64,000 nucleotides of DNA, taken from Protoeuglena noctilucae (lineage: Eukaryota). Both the position numbers and the translations under genes were made by a program. The stretch lies in assembly GCA_958009085.1 (NCBI GenBank), contig OY253669.1, forward strand, positions 806,001-870,000, written 5' to 3'. The notes beneath the pieces are model-generated. The model saw only the letters and a program-made list of their open reading frames with translations. It did no database searches and was not told the DNA's origin. Below are positions 1-13,094 of this stretch, one piece after another. The first letter of the stretch is position 1, and every line of letters starts with the position of its first letter.

Positions 1-406
1 CGACAACGATGTCGTCCGCAAGAACCTGGTGAGTTGCCGCGGTGATCGGGACCTATCCAATCGAGCGTGCAGCGCCGTGCTGGGCTGTCGCTCGCCAGCC
101 GCTGCATCCCGGTTGTCAACCCCCAACCCCACCCGCTCCCCGCAGCGCGGTGAGTCCGAGTCGATGAAGAAGGCCGGCTGGACGGACCCCCAGGGCCGCA
201 AGGGCAAGGGCTACGGGGTGTACCGCTACGCGGACAAGTACGGGGCGAACGTGGACGGCTACTCGCCCATCTACACCCCGGACATCTGGTCCGAGACGGG
301 TGACACGTACACGCTGGGGACCAAGGGCCTGATCGCCTGGGCGGGGCTCATCGTGGTCCTCCTGGCCATCAGCGTGAACCTCATCGTCTCCACCTCCGCC
401 CTCTGA
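1..406 (+). CDS. psbR: Photosystem II 10 kDa protein PsbR (5'-truncated by window edge; intron 29-145)
   Basis: GRKGKGYGVYRYADKYGANVDGYSPIYTPDIWSETGDTY followed by a C-terminal TM helix is the PsbR signature; GTGAGT...CAG intron joins frames; TGA at 404-406. Confidence 0.95.
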   Translation, partial: DNDVVRKNLVSCRGDRDLSNRACSAVLGCRSPAAASRLSTPNPTRSPQRGESESMKKAGWTDPQGRKGKGYGVYRYADKYGANVDGYSPIYTPDIWSETGDTYTLGTKGLIAWAGLIVVLLAISVNLIVSTSAL

Positions 407-698
407 GCCGGGTTTTGCGTGGGACGGGCCGCGCACGCGCCGGCCCCAGTGCTTCTTTCGCCCAGGCGTTCCGCCTCTAGACCTGTGTAGATACCCAAAC
501 CTCCCGTCCGTGCACGCGGCGACGCTCGAGCGCCCGTGAACCAACCGCCCCTTCAAAATGGCCGGCGATGTCTGCCGTGGCATAGCCGGCCGAATTATGA
601 AAAGTGAGAAGAGAGCAACGCCACGGTTGTCAGCTATGAGAAAAAACAATAAGAAGCAGCGCTGCGGTGTCCCAGCTCGGGAGCTGTGAAACGTGTAA

Positions 699-3635
699 CT
701 ACTCGTCGTCCCACCCGACCTCTTTCCAGCTGCGGACCATGATGTCCACCGCGCGCCGCAAGAGCTCCACGTCGCGCCGCGGCGACGCCTCGCTCCGCCG
801 CACCGCCGCCCGCATCCGCGTGCTCTCGGGCTGCGAGGGCGGTTGAGTGTGGGTGTGGGTGGCGTCTCGACAAAGGACATTGCCGGCCAGCGTCCCTCCG
901 CATCCCTCCCAGCAAAGCCACGGACCTCGCTCGCGGGTGACGTGCCCAGCGACCCCGTGTACGCTCCCACCAAGCCCCCCACGTCCCAGTGCCCCCCGTG
1001 CGCCGCTGGACCCGCCGCAGTCGGAGCGCACGTGTCGCGGGGACCGCGGGCACTCGGTGCGTCGGCGAGCGCCACGTGGCTGTGGCTCATGGCCCGGGCA
1101 GGGGCCACGCTGGGGTCCTGGGTGGCTGGCAAGGAGGCGAGTTGCGATTGCACCCAGGTGAAAAAGCCTCGGTAGGAGCTCCACTGCCGCCTGCCCACGT
1201 CGATGGCCTGCGTATTCGAGAGAAGGGCTGAACGCGGTCGTCATCGTGGCACGTGCGGTCGCCGCCCCGCGCGACTGCACGTGGTGGCGCCTGCGCCATG
1301 GGCAGGCGGGCTGTGAAAGGCCCAGCCAGTGACCCCTCGCCTGGAGCTCTGGGCACGAAGAGACGAGTTTGAGGAGCGGCTGCCACTGCTCCTGCTCGCT
1401 CAGACGACTGCAGTCGAAGACCTTCAGGGAGCGTAGACGGCGGCAGGACGACAGCTGGCTCAGGCCCGCCACGGTGATGCCGTCGGCGCTCTGCAGCTCT
1501 GCGAGGGGCGGTGCGGGGCAGGTGAGGTGGTAAGCCGTGCCGGGTGTGCACCATGCATCGAGCGTCGCCCAAGCGTCAGGCATGCACCCTGCGTGCTGGC
1601 GCGTGGGAAGCAAGTCCCGAGTGCTCACCAAGTGACTCAAGGTGCTTGCAGCGCGCGAGGTGTGCGAGGCCTTCGTCAGTCGCCCTGCTCGCCTGCAGGA
1701 AGGGCCGGGGCCACGCATTTGGTACATGCAAGTGACACTGACCCGCACTCGCGCTTGCCACTGACAGCCAGCCACTCACCAGCACGGAGAGGTGCTTGAG
1801 GGACTGCGCCCTGGAGAGCGCCTCCAACGCCGCGTCTGTGATGCCAGAGGACATGCTGGGGCCCCCGGGAAGCACGAGCGTCTCCAACGACGGAGCGGCA
1901 GCCAGGTACTGCACGCCTGCAAGCGAGGCACCGTAGCGACCGAAGTCAGCGCCGAGACAAGATTGCCAGCGCGGTCGTGGCACCTGACGTGTGCACCGGC
2001 CCTCTGTGCACTGGGCCGCTGTGCACCGTCTCACCTCGGTCGGATACGGCGCGTGCCCGGGACGCGTCCAAGCATCGCAGGGAGGGCAGCTCCGCGAGGT
2101 GGGCGAGGCAGTCGTCATTGGCCGCATCCCCCGGGGGCAACACGAGGCGCCTCAGGTTGGGGCACCCGGCGAACTCCGCGCGGGGGAAGGTGACGACCTG
2201 CGAGAGTGGCGGAGGAGACGGGGCATCAACGCCGGTGGCCGTGGGCTCCGCAGGCGTGGATAGTGCGATGATCGTTGCGAGGCCAGGGACGCAGCTGCGC
2301 TCACCCCGTGGACGCCGGAGAAGTCCATCTCCTCGACCGTCGCGCACGCGAGCAGCCGCGCGATGCCGTGGCCCAGGATCCTGCCCTGCATCTCGGCGTT
2401 CATGCGGTTGAAGTGCGCGACGCGGAGGCACGGGGCGTGGCGGAGGTGCGCGATGCCGTCGTCCGTGATGCCGCGCGAGTGGCGCAGGTCCAAGACCTGA
2501 AGCGCCGGAGCGGCGCTGGCGTGCTGCGGGGGCGGGGGCGAGCGGCAGGTGACGTCATGCAGCTGCCTAATGGCAAGCGGCCAAGGGGCAGAGGGCGGGC
2601 GCCACCGTCTCCTCACCAGCAGGGCGTCGTTGACGAGCGTGCAGCCCGACAAGCTCAGGTGCGTGAGGTGCGACAGGCGTGACAGGAAGGCCAGGCCGGC
2701 CCCCACGAACGACTCGCAGCCGAGCGCGTTGCCGCTGTCCTGGACCGCCAGGGACCTCAGCCCTGTGAGGATGAGTAAGCTCGGATGCCATCACTCTTAT
2801 CAACTCGCGACTCACCCTTGCGAGTGTGGCACGCCGGGAGCTGGGCCGCTGGCCACTCACCAGTGACGGCGGCGAGGGAGGCGAGGTGCTCATCCCTCAA
2901 GAGACGGCACCCGGACAAGACCAGGGACGTGAGGGCCGTGCAGGTGCGCAGGTGGGCGAGGCCCGCTCCCGTGAGGCTGGAGTGGTCGCGCAGGGTGAGC
3001 GCGGACAGCCCCGTCAGACTCGACAGCCCGGCCAGGTGGTCGTCTGTGGCGACGTACGGCGGCTCGGCAAACTTGCTGCCGACGAGCTTGAGGGTCGAGA
3101 GCTGCGTCAGCGTCCCCAGCGACGAGTCGTCGGGATCCCACAGCTCCCTGCGCAAATCAGGCGGGGAATTCGTCCGTGGATGCGCCACAACGTTTGACGC
3201 ACCACGCACGTAGGCCTGAGAGCTCCCGGTAAATCGGTGGGCCACCGTCACCTGCTGAGGTAGAGTTTGAGCGTCCGCAGCGTACGAGGGAGACGAGGCA
3301 GGACGGCTTGAAAGTCCATCAACCGGGAGATGATCTCCAGCTCTTTGAGAAAGGGAAAATGCTCCGGGCGCGAAAGGGGAGGGCCCGCCCACACGCTGAG
3401 GGCCCGCACGGATGCGTCGTGCACAGTCCTGCAAAAGCGGGGCAGATAGATGGCGTGTGTGCCTCTAGCCTGGCTCTTCACACACTTTAGAGGGAACGGA
3501 AGGTACCGCGCAGCACCTTAGGCGCCTGCATGCGCCACGGATGGCGCTCCGGTCGCGCCCCTCCAAAGCATTGCAAATCAGGTGGAGGACGTCGTCCGGA
3601 AGCGCCAACAGAGGGAACACTACGTCATCGTCCAT
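699..3635 (-). CDS. F-box / leucine-rich-repeat (RNI-like) protein, ~10 exons
   Basis: First exon MDDDVVFPLLALPDDVLHLICNALEGRDRSAIRGACRRL is an F-box motif; later exons carry many LxxLxLxGCxxxxDxGL repeats (LTSLVLSGCRLLRDEHL, LQVLDLRHSRGITDDGI, LRSLKVFDCSRLS). Confidence 0.8.
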
Positions 3636-4011
3636 TCCAGCGAGCCAGCCTCAAGGGCCGCGGGGCCCGAGGGGCGAGGGAGATGGATTGCGGGTGCCAA
3701 GCAAATTCCGAACGATGCCGAGAGGGTGAGAGGTTCCCCGAGGTTTGGGGCTGAAAATTAAATACACGGAAGTCAGTTCAACCGACATCGCTTTGCTCCC
3801 CGCTCTGGCGGTGTCAAACCCGATCTGACTCGCGCCGATGCCGGGTATCCTCGAGTGATTTGGATCGCCTTGGCACGGAATCAATAGCAGGACTTGGATG
3901 CGCTGGCCGAGGGTGCTTGAGAGGCCGCGATTCACGTCATCCTGAGCTGAGCAGGGGGTAGTTGGCCGGCTTTTCCGAGAGATCGCACCCACGGCGTGAG
4001 AAAGAGGCCCG

Positions 4012-5977
4012 ATGTCCGAGCCAAGTGCGTCCAAGAAGCCCGCCGAGGCCCCGGCGGCACCTGCGGCCCCAGCAGCCCCGGCCGAGGCCAAGAAGGACGC
4101 CCGGGCGCCGCCACCGCCCAAGCGGGCGATCGAACGGGCGCCCAGGCACTGGAGCAGCATCGCCATCACCACCGGCCGCTGGGCTGTGGCGGCAGCACCC
4201 GCGCTGGCCCTGGCTGGCTGCCTGGCCTTCCTGGCCGCGTGGCCCGTCAATCTGGAGCCCGTCGCCTGGCATCCCCTGGTGGCACCGGGCTACACGGGCC
4301 CCCACGCCGTCAACCACCGCCTCGACGACGCGGAGCGGCTGCCGGTGTTCAATACCCCGGAGCTGCAGGGCTACGGCGGTCCGGAGGACATGGCGGCGGA
4401 TGCTGAGGGCTACCTCTTCGTCACGAGTGAGGGGCTTGTCCGCTGAACGATCTTGCCTTGGCAGACGGCGCAGGGCATCCCCCAGTGGTCGATGCGCTTA
4501 GCATACACCAGCTCGCATGGACCTGCCCGCAGCGAGGCTGAAGACGCCTCTCCGCCAGGACGACAAGGTCAACTTCGGGGGTGCCGTGGTCGTCGTCGAC
4601 CCCACGGCACGAGGTGGGCAGCCGGAGCAGAGGTGGTGCAGCAAGGGCAGCGGCCGGCGTGCAGTCCACACAGTGATGACGCGCTCTCCTCGCTTCCGCA
4701 CGACCGCAGGCAGCCGAGTCCTGGCTCGCACCGACGGCTGCCCGCTCGGCATCACCGTGCACCACGAGACGGGGGACCTGTACGTGGCCGACCCGTGCTT
4801 CCCGGGGGGAGCAGGCATCCTCCGCATCACGCGCGAGGGATCCGTGGGTCTCCTGACGGGGCAGGACCACCGGGGGAAGAAGGCGAGGATGACTGGCGAG
4901 GCTTGTTGGCGTGGATAAGGATGCGAGGAATCACCTTTGCACGCTCGGCGGATGACCCCGCACACCCCCGCGCCCTGCAGCTGGTCTACCCCAACACGGT
5001 CGAGGTGTCGTCCAGCGGGAAGCTCTACTTCACCGACTCCACGCAGCGCTTCGCCCCGCCCAAGTGAGTCCATCGGTCCAGGCTGCGCGGCGTCGCTGCT
5101 GGCGCTGCGGGCACCCTGGGGGCACCCTGGGGACGCCCGTGCACGCCCGTCGGCCTGACGCAGGCTCGGGGGCACCCTCCCCGCCTCGGTGTGGGACTTG
5201 ATGGAGCACAGCAGCACGGGGAGGGTCCTGTCCGTGGACCTGGATACGGGCGAGATGCAGGAGGTGGCGGGCGGGCTGGCGTTCGCCAACGGACTGGCGC
5301 TGTCGTCGGACGAGCGGTCGCTGTTTGTGGCCGAGACCGGCGAGTACCGCGTCCTGCGCATCCGCCTCGGGGGAGCGGGCAAGAAGGCCGACAAGGAAGT
5401 CGTGGTGAGTCACCCTCACCGGCCGCGCTGCAGTTGGTTGCGCGGGTTGGTATAGTCGGCTGGGCCCTGGCGTCGCCAGCGCAGTGATTGCTGCACCCTG
5501 CGGTCTCGTGCCTCGCAGCTGGAGAACCTCCCAGGCTTCCCCGACAACATCAAGCGGGGCCGCAGCGGCCGCCTCTGGGTGGGACTCGTGTCCCCACGCA
5601 ACAAGCTCCTCGACACCCTCGCCCCCTACCCCGCTCTGCGAAAGGTCGTGCAGCGGCTGCCGGCGGCCGTGGTGAGCACGCGTGCTGCTTTCTTGGCTGC
5701 CCTGCTCTTGCAGCAGGTGTTTCATGCCGCCGTCGGTGCCGTCGGACACCGGCTGCGTTCGTGCTGCGCGACGCAGAGGCCCAAGCCGGTGGCGCACGGC
5801 CACGTGGTGGCTTTCACGGAGCAAGGCAAGGTGGTCGCCGATCTCCAGTGCCCGGGCGGCACCATTCACGCGACCACGGCGGTGCTGGAGACGCCTCAGT
5901 ATCTCTTCATTTCCTCCCTCAAGATGGACACGCTCCCCCGGCTCAGCACCAAGAACCTGGGGTTGCCTGCGGCCTGA
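4012..5977 (+). CDS. Strictosidine-synthase-like / APMAP-type six-bladed beta-propeller hydrolase with N-terminal TM anchor
   Basis: GPED, GCPLGI, LYVAD, YPNTVEVSSSGKLYFTDS, GLAFANGLALSSDERSLFVAETGEYRV and ENLPGFPDNIKRG motifs across ~7 exons; metal-ligand positions E/N/N/D retained. Confidence 0.88.
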
Positions 5978-6163
5978 GTCGCTTTCGCAGGAAGCATCGC
6001 ATGCATGCAGTTGCCCGCTTGAAGCTCAGCTAGGTCATCAGCAAACCTCGCCGTGCCAGCGAAACCGTGACGCCTGGGCTCGAGAACTGCTGGCTGCGAG
6101 GTAGGTTGCACGACATTTTCGCTGGCGTCCCAAGGGGTGCGCTGCGCAGGATGGCGAGGCAGC

Positions 6164-9100
6164 ATGGCCCTCGCAAGCCTCGACGCTCCACCCGCTTCTA
6201 GTGTACGGGATGCGGCGCTGCAAGCCCTGGAGCGGTGCCTCCTGCAGGTGCCGCTGCACCTGCCGCTTGCGTCTCGACCCCGATGCCGGTGGACTTGCGC
6301 ACTGTGTGATCCGCCATCGCCCCGCCCACCGCTCCACATCCGCAGGGCTCGCCGGCAGGCGTGGCGAACGTGGCGACCGCGATATTTACCGGCGCTCCGT
6401 CCAAAGCCCTCGGCAAGAAATGGTGAGGGCAGGTCGTTTTCGGGGACAGGCGCGCAGTGGCGGAGGAGCAGCACTGGGTCGATGTCAAAGCTCGAAACAC
6501 ATTACTCGTCCCGCAGGGGCCCTGCTGTATCGCACGACAAGTCCGCCTCGGAGTACGTGCTTGCTGGCTTGTACTCGGCTGCCGAGGCGGTCGTCCGGCT
6601 GTTGGAGGAGGCCGCCGTCGTCGACCAAGAGGACGGCGCTGAAACCAGCCCGATGCTGGGCAGTAGCATCGACGGGAACCGCGTGCTTCTTCAGCGCATT
6701 CTGGTGAGTGTGTTTTATGACTTGGCGCTTCGTCAGGACCGCCGGGCTCGCCATCCTGCGTGCCCATGGACAGCGTGAGGATGGCAGCGCCCAAAAGGCC
6801 CCTCTCCGCCGCGACCGCCGCAGCGCGACATCCGGGACCTGGAGCCAAACCGCCTACGCGCGGACGCAGCGACGCTGGACCTCGCGGCCGAAGCCCTGTG
6901 TGCACAGTCGGCGGCAGATGCCTACGACCTGCTGCGGGCCCCGCTCGAGTCGTCCAAAAGACGCGAATCGGTGCGAAGAGGATACTGCGTGTTGCCATGT
7001 TTCTCGCTGGCCGCCGCGCATCCCCCGCGGGCGTCAGCTCTCTGGTTCGGTCCGCCCACAGGACACCACGAAGCACAGTGGCCCCTCTTCACTCCCCGTG
7101 CCCCAGTCCGCCCGGCGGCTGCACCTGAACCGGCAGAGCATTATGGGTCTTGCGCGGTACCTCCAGGTGCGCGTGCCACCCCATGTGACAGGCAGACCTG
7201 GGTTGCGACGGGTGCTGGACACGTGACGCAGTCTCTTTTTGCGAAAGCAGGCTTCGCAGGCCGGTCCCGGTCCGTCCTCTCTCTCGAGTCCGATGAAGAG
7301 CGCTCGTGAGAAGGCGGCGTCGTCTCGCCTCGGCGGGGGCAGCAGCCAGGGCTCGCCATCCGCCCGTTGGGGAGAGGCCGCGAGGCTGTGGCTCCCGCAC
7401 ATGCGCGCGATAAATGCGGCGCAGGGCAGCCACCGCGAGCTCTGGCAGGCGAGTGACTTGGCCGATGCCTGAGGGCAGGGCCGCAGTGGCTGTCTCTGGC
7501 TCATGCGCAAGGCTGCGTCGGTTGCTGTCCCTGCACCCCACCTGCCACCGCCGTGCATAAGGCCACTCAACTCCGTTCTCTCTCCTGCTCGTCGGCAGGA
7601 TGCGCAGCGTCACCTGCAGACGGCCATAAAGATGGACAGGGGCGCCGTGGCGGCCAGCTTCGCGCTGTGCGACGCTCAGATGCGCGTGGGGGACACGCGG
7701 AACGCTCTCGCAGCCGCGCACGCGCTCGCCGGGCACGTGCCGCTGGACGCGGATGCCGTCGCGCTGCCCCAGTTGGTCCGCATTGCTGCGGGGGAGGCTC
7801 CTGCCTTTGCAAGGGACCACAAGGGCAGCCGGGCGCAGCACGAGGTGCTGGAGGGTCTCAGGCAAGTCGACCGGGTCGCATTTCTTGCCATTGGCGGGTG
7901 GCACTGCGGGCGACTAGTGCAACCATATCAGGCCCAGACGGGCATTGCAAGTACAACCACTACCCACCCCGGCCTGCAGGCGCGCCCTTGTAGCATGCCG
8001 CGCGAATCCAGGGGGTCTGCGGGAGATGAGCAGCCTTCTACCCCTGCTGCGGGAGACAAGAGAGTGCTGGGTCCGTTCGGGCCAGCGGGGGTGGAGCGCG
8101 GCGTTGGCCGCCGAGCAGGGCACAGCAGCTCAGCAGGCGTGTGCAGCCTTGCTGCATTTCCTGGAGGTGCACGACGCCCGCGCGGACAAGGCCGTGGATG
8201 CGTCGGACGGTGAGCGAGAGGATGGGCGGGTGGGGTTCATGTCACAGCGTGGCCTGCCACCGTGGTGGGAGTGCGGGGAGGGTTGGCATGCGGCAACGGC
8301 GCGCGCCACCCGCAGGCTGCCTTCAAAGGGCGCTTGCGCTGGCGGTGGGGCAGGCGTGGCTGGAGCTGGAAGCCTTGCTGACGGCGACGGGCGAGTCGCT
8401 GGCAAAGGCGTACCGTACAGCAAAGAAGGGCCTGCGGGAGCTGGTGCAGGCAAGTCGCGGCGCTGGCGTGTGCGGCCAGAGCTTGAGTGAGACTGGACTT
8501 TGCAAGGTGGCGTCATTGCCAGCGACTCCACACTCTGTCGTCACCACCCAGGCCCCTGGTCCCATCCCCGCAGGACCCCCGGGCGTGGCGACAAGTGACC
8601 CGCACCGTCTCTCGCACCAACTGCGTGACTGGCACGCCCGTGTCGGTGGGGCATGCGCTGGCCTTCGCGAATGCGTGGGCCGACGCGAGGGACACGGTCC
8701 GGCCCCTTTGGGAGGACCCCGGGCGGTGGGTGCGCCAATTCCAGGAGCTGTCCACCACGGTCGTTGAGGTGAGCTGACGCACACGCTGCGGCAGCATTGC
8801 ACACGCCGTCCCTTGCGTTCACGACCAATGTGCTGTTGTGTCTTGTCCGTTGTGCATCTCTCAACCGGCGTCTCCTTGTGACGTGCAGGACGCGTTGCAT
8901 GAGGTGGCCGAAGGAAGGACTCAGCCAGCCGGGGCAGCGTCGTTCCAAAGTCCACGCCTGTGGGACCTGGTGCGGGCGAGGGCAGTGGTGGTAGCGGTGG
9001 CCATGGATGGCCGAGAGGGCCCAGGCCTCGCAAGAAGCATCCTGACGTGGGCCGAGGGTCAGGCGACTTACCTGGAGAGGGTGTCGCGCCTGCACCGGGG

Positions 9101-9653
9101 TAAGAGCGACGGCAGCTCTGGCGCCAGTGATGGGCGTGTCGGACCAAGCGAAGGCGGGGCCAAGAGGAAGCGGCGGGAGGCGGAGGCCGGGGAATCCTTG
9201 CCAGCAGCCAGGCGTGCGCGTCGGGGAGGAGCGTTTCAAGCGTCGAAGTCCGAGCCGAGGGCGGGGACCGGGGGTGTCTCAGGGACGGAGAGCGGAGGCT
9301 CCCTGACGGATGGTAGCGCCAGCGACAGCGAGGGGGTCGAGGTGGTGGGGGCAGTGCCGTCGGCCTTGGGCGGGTGGGGGCCCAGGGCCGGAGGCGGGCG
9401 CAGGAGGGGGCGGCAGTGGGAAAGCGAGAGGCGGGCGGCAGAGGCGATGGGTGCGGACATGTCACGTGCTTTGGCGTGGGTGGACGTGGTGCACGAGGTG
9501 CGCGACATGATTGGGGCGCTCTGGAAGGGGGCTGGGCGCGACTCTGCCCTGGGGAGGCACACGGCGGAGTACGGGACCGCGCGGCCGCTGCCCGAGGCGT
9601 GGTGGCGCGCATTCGCGGCCGTGCGGAGGCCCGCGGGCCAGCCAACCCAGTGA
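6164..9653 (+). CDS. Helical-repeat (TPR-like) hypothetical protein, possibly TAF1A/Rrn11-like; start uncertain
   Basis: About 10 exons splice into one frame with amphipathic helical segments (DAQRHLQTAIKMDRGAVAASFALCDAQMRVGDTRNAL; AADAYDLL). Family identity is only a weak resemblance. Confidence 0.5.
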
Positions 9654-10148
9654 GCTGCTCATAGAGGACATCTCTGCGAGTTAGGGGGGTGGGGTCAATG
9701 GTGATGGGAACAGATGCAGCGCAAGGGCCAGCCAGCCGTGGGAGGGGAAGGGGGCAGCTTAGCCATCGTTTGAAGCATGGATTGTGATAAGAGGATGCAA
9801 CTGCTCTGTCGTCGCGTGCGCGCGCGGTGCTTAGGTGTCAGAAGCAGAAGCAGCACCTTCCGGGGTCAGGGCGGGGTCAGACCGCGACAACTGCCCGGGA
9901 AGCGACATACGCGGAGCGTGCACTCGCTTCGTCACAGGCCCTGCGCCGTCTAGCTCCGGTTCCTTCCACGAAGAGACGCGCAACGTCGCTGCGTGAAGCG
10001 AGCCCTGGGCGCGATTCATCGACGCGCTGCTTTGATTCTCCGACCGCGCGAGCGCACAGTTCTGCGAACCTTGGTGCCCCGCCGCCCCTCGGCAGCCAAG
10101 TGCGTTGCACGCCGAAGCGCAGGGGCCCTTTCGGGCCTAGCAGCGCTC

Positions 10149-12861
10149 ATGGACGCGAAGCCTGGCCTCGAGCCATCAACTTCGCAACCTGCATCCAACG
10201 CCATGGCGGAGCACGCGCCGCCAGCGGAAGCCGCGGCGGAGGGGACGCCGCAGGGCGCCGCTGACCTCGCCGAGGAGCCGCGTCGGCTGCCCTTCCCGGT
10301 CGCCCAGAAGCTCGATGCATCCTTAAACGTCCGGGAGCGCCAGGTCCTCGGCCTCATGGGACGCGTCCGCGCCGCGGACCTCATGGCGAGTCTCGCTGCT
10401 GCCTGCTCAGGGTGTCGGCAATGTGGCTTGCTGCACCGCCTGCGCGCCGCCCACCGCCGCGGGGAGTCGTGCGCGAGCTATGTAATGGGTACTCTGTCCG
10501 CGGGTATCACCGGACCCCTCGAAGGCTGCCCCCACGACCCCCGCAGGACGATGGGGCACGGTGCCTCGTGTCGGGCCCCTTGGCAAAGAAAGCCTCCGAC
10601 ATATCAGCCGTGGAGAAGCAACGGTGGGTCCATAGCCACCATAGCCGCGCCGCTCGCGTCAATCCGCAGGCAGCCCGCCTGTCCCACGCGCACTGGTGAG
10701 CTGCGGCCATGGCACATGCCCTGCCACCCAGCCTTGTCTGTGCCGACGCCTGCCGCAGAGACTTGGAAGAGGTCCTCGCTCGGGTGGAGAAGAGCAGCCC
10801 GTCCGGCGCGTTTCTGTTCGGCTCCCCCGTGAACGCCGAGGCCATGGGCGTCCCCGATTACTACACGCACGTCCGTAAGCCCATGTGGCTCGGCCGGGTG
10901 AGCCTATGACGTGGCGTCGACGGCTTGCGTGCCCGTTACCGCAGAGCCTGCGGTGCGCTGCCCCACGCCTTGAGGCCTGTGACGTGGCACCAACGGCGTG
11001 CGTGCCCCTCATCGCAGATCCGGGAGCAGATTGTGGGCGGGGCCTACGAGCACGTGGGCAGGTTCGCCGCAGACGTGCGCACCATGTTCCGCGTCTGCGA
11101 GATATTCAACGGCCCCGCGTCCTTTGCGGTCCGAAGCACGGGCGCCACCATGCATGGGGAGTTCATGACGCAGGTGTGGCCTGCTCCTGACGGCCTGCGG
11201 GGGACGGAGCGTGTCCCTGGGATGTGCCCAGGCGCAGGCTCGCAGGCGGCTCCTGGTTCGTAACACAGCCCTGGCTTGTCCCCGTCGCAGTGGGCAGTGC
11301 GTGTGCTGCAGTGGCGCTTGGAGGAGGACGATTCATGCTTTCCACCCCCGGACGAGGACCTCGTGTCGCCGGAGCGGCTCGCGCTGTATCGCGTCGCGAT
11401 GAGGACCGTGTACGACGTCCAGGGAACGCGGCTCTGGGTCGGGGGCCCCGCCGTGGGATGCTCCCGGTGCCGTCACTCCGACCGCGGGTGCCGGTTCTGT
11501 TTGGAGGCGCTCATCTCCTCCTGCAGGGACTACAGCATCAACGTGCCCGCGTGGCTGCAGCTCCTCGCCACGCGCTTCGACAACTGCAGGTGAGGGCCTT
11601 GGGGGCAGGGCTCCGGTGCCCAACGGCGTGCTGGCTCCGGGTGTCAGAAACGTGTGTCGAAACGTGCTGCATCAGCTGCGCTCGCAGGGCCCTGCTGTCC
11701 ACGATGGAGGGCCAGCTGGACCCTGTGCCGCCGGGCGCGAAGGCGTGGGTGCCTTCCCGGGGCTACGAGGGCCGACTGTCCAAGGCTCTCCGGCGGCAGC
11801 TGAACCGGGACGAGGGGCACGAGAGCGACCGGAGGGACGCGGATGGTGACGGGACGAGCCAGGGTATGGGGTCGGCGGATGGGGGAGGGTTCCTGGGGGA
11901 CGGACGGGGTCCGGAGGTAAACACGCGCAATGCCGGTGATGTGGGGCGCGGGCGGGAGCCGGATGGCGGTGTGGCGGCAAACGGGGAGCTTTGGGGCAGG
12001 CCCCCGGGGTCGTCGCTGGGGCCCATACCGGTGCCGCCGGGCGTGGCCTGGAGTAGCGGCGCGGGTGGCGGGGGGGTGCCTCGGCTCAAGCTCTCGCGGG
12101 AAGCAGCGGCACTGCTGCGTGGCTCGAACGCGGGGGCTTCGCGGGAGGGCACCCCGCGCAAGCGGCCGGCGTCTCACGCGGAGGAGGACGCGGAGGGTGT
12201 CACCCGGTCGCTGCGGTCGCGGGCGAGGCGGGAGGTGGATGGCGCGGAGGCTGGGGCGGCGCTGGTGGAGTCTGCGGGTCCGGGGATCGAGACGGGGATG
12301 GACAAGCTCCTCGGCGCTGCGATGTTCGAGGAGGACGCGGCCCTGGGGCGCGCCAGGAACGAGGCGGGGGCGGCGGTGGCAGAGGCGATGGCGGCGGCGG
12401 TGAGGGCGCAGGAGGACTGGGCTGCCGCGACTCGGACGCTGCTGGCTTCGTCCGCGGCGTTGGAGAACCAGCTGCGGTCGGAGCTGCGCGTGCGGCGCGA
12501 GGAGCGGGATGCGGCACGGCAGCAGCTGCACGAGGTGTGGCGGCATCAGTCGGCGCTGCAGGCACGGGCGGAGGCGGCGGAGGCGGAGCTCGAGGCCGCC
12601 AACCAAAGGCAAGGGCAAGGGCAAGGGTTGTGCTTGCAAGGGCTGTTCCTGGGGAGTTGACGCTGCGGACCCTCGCGACGCCAGAGTGCGTCAGTTCCGT
12701 GTTTCCTGCGTCGGCTGTGCAGGGTGGCTGAGCTGCAGCGGCAGGTGCAGGACCTGAGGCAGCAGCTGGGAGGGGCGGGGCGGAACGGTGTAGGGTCGTC
12801 TCACGAGGCCAGTGCTGCGAACGGCATGCCCAAGGTACGCCTGACGGGCTTGAGGACGTGA
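10149..12861 (+). CDS. Bromodomain protein with Cys-rich motifs and C-terminal coiled coil
   Basis: FLFGSPVNAEAMGVPDYYTHVRKPMWLGR|IREQIVGGAYEHVGRFAADVRTMFRVCEIFNG is a bromodomain with the conserved Asn; last exon continues the heptads (VAELQRQVQDLRQQL). Confidence 0.82.
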
Positions 12862-13094
12862 GAGGCTGTGCCATTCAAGGCATGCCGCCGGCTGAGCATA
12901 GTGGACAGAGCAAGGTGTTATGCGCTAGAGCGTGGGGCGCTGGGGCCAGCATAGGAAACAGCGAGCGCTTGTATTTGGGTGGGCAAGGGCAGATTGCGGA
13001 GAGAGTCGCATGAATGAACGACGTCCCTCGACCCAGCCAGGCGTTCGTCGCAAAGTGGCAAAGTGCGGCCTGTCCGACTCCTGGGTGTCGTGCT

